Shown here one piece after another: positions 61,048-64,000 of a stretch of 64,000 nt of DNA. Within the stretch, counting starts at the first letter, position 1. Every line of letters begins with the position of its first letter. The notes beneath the pieces were generated by a model. That model was not told the DNA's origin. It did no database searches and worked only from the letters and a program-made list of their open reading frames with translations. The position numbers and the translations under genes were made by a program. This DNA comes from Polaromonas sp. (GTDB lineage Bacteria; Pseudomonadota; Gammaproteobacteria; Burkholderiales; Burkholderiaceae_C), in the NCBI GenBank assembly GCA_043774625.1, contig JAYVTG010000097.1, positions 29,283 through 93,282 on the forward strand, in the 5' to 3' direction.

Positions 61048-61320
61048 ATGAAAAAGGTATCTACCGAAATGGCTGATCAAGACATTCCTGAATTAAAGCG
61101 CGATCAGCTAGGAAAAGGGGTGCGTGGCAAGTACCTCAAACACTTCAATCAAGGTAGCAACGTCATCGTTTTGCAGCCCGAAATTTTGAAGGTATTTCCG
61201 ACTTCTGAGGCTGTCAATAAGGCTTTAGCAAGCATGCTGGCTTTCGCTCAGGAGACGCAAGGTTTAACAAGTCGCTCAGGTCGCTCAAGTCGGACACCGC
61301 GTAAACGCGCCGCCGTGTAG
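61048..61320 (+). CDS. Small hypothetical protein (antitoxin-like, orphan)
   Basis: 90 aa with DQLGKGVRGKY...VIVLQPEILKVFPTSEAVNKAL and a basic tail. No SD precedes 61048, and an alternative ATG lies at 61069. Confidence 0.5.
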   Translation: MKKVSTEMADQDIPELKRDQLGKGVRGKYLKHFNQGSNVIVLQPEILKVFPTSEAVNKALASMLAFAQETQGLTSRSGRSSRTPRKRAAV

Positions 61321-61362
61321 CTCCAGAGTTGAAACCGTCTCAGTTCAGTGTACGATCTTGCC

Positions 61363-61587
61363 ATGACTCCAACAGCAATCGAACAATCTGTACTCGGCTT
61401 GCCCAAGTCTGAACGCGCGCATTTGCTGCATTTGTTGCTCGATAGCCTCGATGCACCGTCGGAGTCTGATATACAGGAAACCTGGCTGAATGAGGCGCAG
61501 CGCCGCGCGCAGGATATTGACGCAGGCAGAGTCGAACTTGTGAGTGGCGAGCAGCTTGAGCGACAAGTTCAGGCGCTTTTTAAGTGA
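61363..61587 (+). CDS. Addiction-module antitoxin (Unstab_antitox / TIGR02574-like)
   Basis: LGLPKSERAHLLHLLLDSLD....D.QE.WLNEAQRRAQDIDAGRVELV. Its stop overlaps the GTG of the downstream toxin (GTGA). Confidence 0.75.
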   Translation: MTPTAIEQSVLGLPKSERAHLLHLLLDSLDAPSESDIQETWLNEAQRRAQDIDAGRVELVSGEQLERQVQALFK

Positions 61588-61877
61588 TCTATTGGCTCCA
61601 TCCCGAGGCCGCTGAAGAACACAAAAACCAGGTCGCGCACTATGAAGGGCTTCAAGTCGGGCTGGGAAAGCGGTACCACACTGAATTTCAAAATGTCGTG
61701 GCTTGGGTTTGTGCTTCGCCTGATCGCTCACGTATTGTTTTTGCCCCGGATATTCGACGTGCAATGTTTAAGGTTTTTCACTTTGACCTTGTCTACCGCG
61801 AAGTCGATGGCTCAGTCCAAGTGCTGGCCATCGCCCATCATCGTCGCCAGCCAGGGTATTGGATGGCTCGACTTTAA
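61584..61877 (+). CDS. ParE/RelE-family toxin
   Basis: 97 aa, translationally coupled to the antitoxin, with a C-terminal FHFDLVYREVDGSVQVLAIAHHRRQPGYW pattern. Confidence 0.75.
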   Translation: MIYWLHPEAAEEHKNQVAHYEGLQVGLGKRYHTEFQNVVAWVCASPDRSRIVFAPDIRRAMFKVFHFDLVYREVDGSVQVLAIAHHRRQPGYWMARL

Positions 61878-61915
61878 CTGGTTGATCGACCCAACTTTCG
61901 CGGGTCACCGTCAAC

Positions 61916-61957
61916 GTTGCTATTAACTTTATAGCTGCTTGCGCATATTCTGCGCTG
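61916..61957 (-). repeat. REP-like repeat, copy 12 (start of composite unit C)
   Basis: TTGCTATTAACTTTATAGCTGCTTGCGCATATTCTGCGCTGG. Confidence 0.9.
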
Positions 61958-62073
61958 GCAATACGCCTATTTTGCCTCTAAAGTCCGCATACATACTGAG
62001 CAACAGACTACGCACATTGCGTTAGCGCATCATGAACTGTGGGCACGCGTAGCCTAGCGACTAGGCCAGAGCA

Positions 62074-62102
62074 CTTCTAGTTTTCAAGGGTTTGGGCTAT
62101 AG
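62074..62102 (+). promoter_or_regulatory. Candidate promoter inside composite unit C
   Basis: TTCTAG, a 17-nt spacer, then TATAGT. This is homologous to 60988-61016. Confidence 0.3.
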
Positions 62103-62148
62103 TACAGGCAACAAATTCGTTCGCGCAACTGGCTCAGAAGGCCCGGCG

Positions 62149-62244
62149 ACAGTAACCAAGGCTTGCCGGGTTTCATGCTTTATTTATACCTGATATTATT
62201 CATAGTGCATCGCTGCAAAACCAGTGTGCAAGAGGGTTGTTACG
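62149..62244 (+). other. attC-like site (long class)
   Basis: CAGTAAC-caagg-CTTGCCG ... GCAAG-agggtt-GTTACGT, with an imperfect extended stem (CGGGTTTCATGC / GCATCGCTGCAAAACC). Confidence 0.55.
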
Positions 62245-62337
62245 TCTTTAAAAATCAATATATACGGCAGCCGCCAGATTATGTTGCAGCGTCTGCTGTA
62301 TGCATTACGTTATTAGTCTTAATCGCAAGGTGTTCCC

Positions 62338-62679
62338 ATGAAAGTATCTGCACTTACATTGCTAATTTTGAACCTCAACAGTCTCATTGATTCAGGAAAA
62401 TATGCGGACATCACCATTGACGACATTCACAAGGCAATTGAAGGAAAACGTGTTTTACGCTTCCTAAAAGAACGAGCGAGAGATATTGACCTTAGCATCC
62501 ACCTGGATAGCAATGCTTACAATGGCTTCGAGTCTTACTATGAAACCCAGCTTGAAAATATCTATGGCGGGTCTGCTGGTAATGAGCGCAGAAAATGGGG
62601 CGTTGAGAAGTCAGGACTATGTCTTGTATTGGCTTGGACGAATGAAATTATCCAGCAGGGACAAAACCTTGAGTGGTAG
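62338..62679 (+). CDS. Hypothetical protein (cassette ORF)
   Basis: 113-aa ORF in low-GC DNA, bounded by attC-like sites. No family recognised. Confidence 0.55.
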   Translation: MKVSALTLLILNLNSLIDSGKYADITIDDIHKAIEGKRVLRFLKERARDIDLSIHLDSNAYNGFESYYETQLENIYGGSAGNERRKWGVEKSGLCLVLAWTNEIIQQGQNLEW

Positions 62680-62687
62680 CACCAGAC

Positions 62688-62747
62688 TCATAACCCTGCG
62701 CTCAAGTGGGACTGGTTTTCAGCCGGCCCCTTAGCTCCATGTTATAG
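62688..62747 (+). other. attC-like site (60-bp class)
   Basis: TCATAAC-cctgc-GCTCAAG-tgggactggttttcagccggccc-CTTAGC-tccat-GTTATAG. This is the classic R''-L''...L'-R' layout, with an extra base in L''. Confidence 0.7.
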
Positions 62748-62795
62748 ATCATGCGACCATAGTTGTATTCAGCAACGATAAATCAGGAAAACCTT

Positions 62796-63287
62796 ATGAA
62801 CAATCCTTTAGTCACACTTGACCAAAATGCGGTTGCTAACGAAATAGAAAGGCAGATTGCACTTCGCCAGTCTGCGGGGCAACCCCTTGCTCACGACCAC
62901 AAGCTAATCGCAGCGATTGAAAGCGTCACTGATAACACGGTGAAAGCAAAATTACTGCAAAAATGCATCGAATCAGTTAGCGAGCATCAGAGTCTAGTAG
63001 ATGCCGCTTTTCTTGCCGAAGTAAACAGCCGAATAAAAATTATTGATCACGAAATTGCGAAGGACCAATCAAGGGTCGAACTGTTCAATAGTAGGCCACT
63101 AATCCTTTTTGCGTGGTGTTTCCCAATCGCAGTCGGATTTGGCGCCATCAAATATCTTGACTCCTATGTTTTTGCAATTTTCACAATCATAGTTTTGTAT
63201 GGCGTATTAATTGCACTTTATTTTTCTCAGTCAACCGGCTTGATTGAAACTTTGAAAGGTTTTGCAAAAGCCGGGAGGAAGCTTTGA
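62796..63287 (+). CDS. Hypothetical membrane protein (cassette ORF)
   Basis: 163 aa from the ATG at 62796 (AGGAA upstream), with two C-terminal TM helices. Confidence 0.55.
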   Translation: MNNPLVTLDQNAVANEIERQIALRQSAGQPLAHDHKLIAAIESVTDNTVKAKLLQKCIESVSEHQSLVDAAFLAEVNSRIKIIDHEIAKDQSRVELFNSRPLILFAWCFPIAVGFGAIKYLDSYVFAIFTIIVLYGVLIALYFSQSTGLIETLKGFAKAGRKL

Positions 63288-63297
63288 CAACCAGACT

Positions 63298-63606
63298 ATG
63301 CTGGGGACCATTGCTGTGATTTTACTTTTCGCGATTTCAGGCTGGATAGAATTCCAATACTTTCGTACGAAACAAATGCTTGTTAGCTCGTCACTTGATG
63401 TAAAGCTAAGAATATGCCCGATACCTAAAGATGCAAAGTGTCCAGCGTTGCTCATAATCCCAAAAGGTAGTGTCGTCAAAGTATCCCGTCAAACTCAGTT
63501 TTACAAACAAGCGGATGGGCACGAGACTACGTGGAAGAAAGTTGAGTTTCAGTCTCAAAAGGGTTGGGTAAACGAAACCTTGCTTAGCAATGGGCCAGTC
63601 AAATGA
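63298..63606 (+). CDS. Hypothetical membrane-anchored protein with SH3b-like C-terminal region
   Basis: An N-terminal TM (IAVILLFAISGWI) and a C-terminal pattern G..V.V........W.KVEFQSQKGWV. An alternative TTG start lies at 63262. Confidence 0.5.
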   Translation: MLGTIAVILLFAISGWIEFQYFRTKQMLVSSSLDVKLRICPIPKDAKCPALLIIPKGSVVKVSRQTQFYKQADGHETTWKKVEFQSQKGWVNETLLSNGPVK

Positions 63607-63627
63607 TCTATATCTTGGCACTTTGTT

Positions 63628-63695
63628 GCCGTAAACCGCAACCCCAACAGGGTGCGGCTCGCTTGGGACGGGGAAGTCCCTTTCATTCGTTAGGC
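63628..63695 (+). other. attC-like site (68-bp class) ending in canonical GTTAGGC
   Basis: GCCGTAAAC...AACAGGG...CCCTTT-cattc-GTTAGGC. The next ORF starts 3 nt after the R' core. Confidence 0.5.
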
Positions 63696-63697
63696 CG

Positions 63698-64000
63698 ATG
63701 GAACTACCCCTCATAACCCTTCTCCTGCTCGTTCTCTTTGTCCAATACGGCGGCAGGCTTAAAGATGACTTGCGCCGAGCGATCGGTACGAATCCATCTG
63801 GGGTGATCAAGTACTTTGGCTCAGCAGCGGTGCTGTCAGTTGCACTCTCTTCTTTACCAGGAGTATTACTGTCCATATACATGCGCAACAATGGCTTTTT
63901 TGCGTTTGAATTGTTTGGCGAACGTCAGCACGCGTTTCAGGTTTTAAGCCTCAATGTCTTTTTCAATCTGCTTGTTGTCTCTCTGTATTTTTTTGCAGTG
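63698..64000 (+). CDS. Hypothetical membrane protein, 5' part (open to the window end)
   Basis: Hand translation from the ATG at 63698 gives MELPLITLLLLVLFVQYGGRLKDD...SLYFFAV. There is no stop for 101 codons and the sequence is hydrophobic. It is absent from the ORF track because it lacks a stop. Confidence 0.5.
   Translation, partial: MELPLITLLLLVLFVQYGGRLKDDLRRAIGTNPSGVIKYFGSAAVLSVALSSLPGVLLSIYMRNNGFFAFELFGERQHAFQVLSLNVFFNLLVVSLYFFAV

Noticed and set aside
63406-63891. 161-aa minus-strand ORF at the right end.
   Set aside because: It overlaps the plus-strand cassette ORF 63298-63606, an attC-like site and the plus-strand ORF starting at 63698. All other cassette genes are on the plus strand, and its sequence is Arg/Ser/Pro-rich and looks non-coding.
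59897-64000. Search for an integron integrase, a transposase or another recombinase near the cassette array.
   Set aside because: No ORF in the track or in hand-read frames shows tyrosine-recombinase or DDE motifs. The absence is reported as part of the finding rather than as a feature.

Overview
This looks like a chromosomal segment from a betaproteobacterium. Gene order resembles Burkholderiales/Comamonadaceae and the backbone GC is roughly 55-60% by eye. Most of the window is conserved housekeeping:
- obg'-rpmA-rplU, ispB and a tRNA-Pro
- pilBCD-coaE-zapD-yacG
- rpmG-rpmB, trxB, a Crp-family regulator, ftsK-lolA, rarA, livHMGF and a dGTPase
- aroB-aroK downstream of pilMNOPQ
- mrcA, cyaY, lptM-lysA, rpmE2, a GT39-like membrane protein and a MATE pump
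- a phosphate block: phoR-phoB-phoU-pstBACS, a fasciclin protein, ppx, sixA and ppk
- an OlsB-like acyltransferase, an ars cluster (arsR-arsI-arsC-MIP channel-cupin) and glmM-folP-ftsH

Five things stand out.
1. A ~42-bp REP-like repeat occurs about 15 times. Several copies sit in frame inside conserved genes (folP, rarA, the MIP channel). Others supply the C-terminus or stop codon of genes (pstS, folP).
2. The right-hand 4 kb (about 59.9-64.0 kb) is low in GC. It looks like an integron-type cassette array with attC-like sites, two toxin-antitoxin pairs and small orphan genes. No integrase is present, and the array sits where rlmE would be expected upstream of ftsH. It is interleaved with 220-350-bp composite repeat units.
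3. Large palindromic elements flank ftsH. One is a 30-bp perfect stem. A conserved 23-mer also lies inside two unrelated stems.
4. A low-GC lipoprotein with Big-like domains is inserted between pilQ and aroK.
5. A small island between lolA and rarA carries a 2-TM protein, a 451-aa alpha/beta hydrolase and a DUF302 protein.

I recognised no rRNA, CRISPR array, transposase or integrase. All calls come from reading the sequence and ORF translations only. No searches were run.
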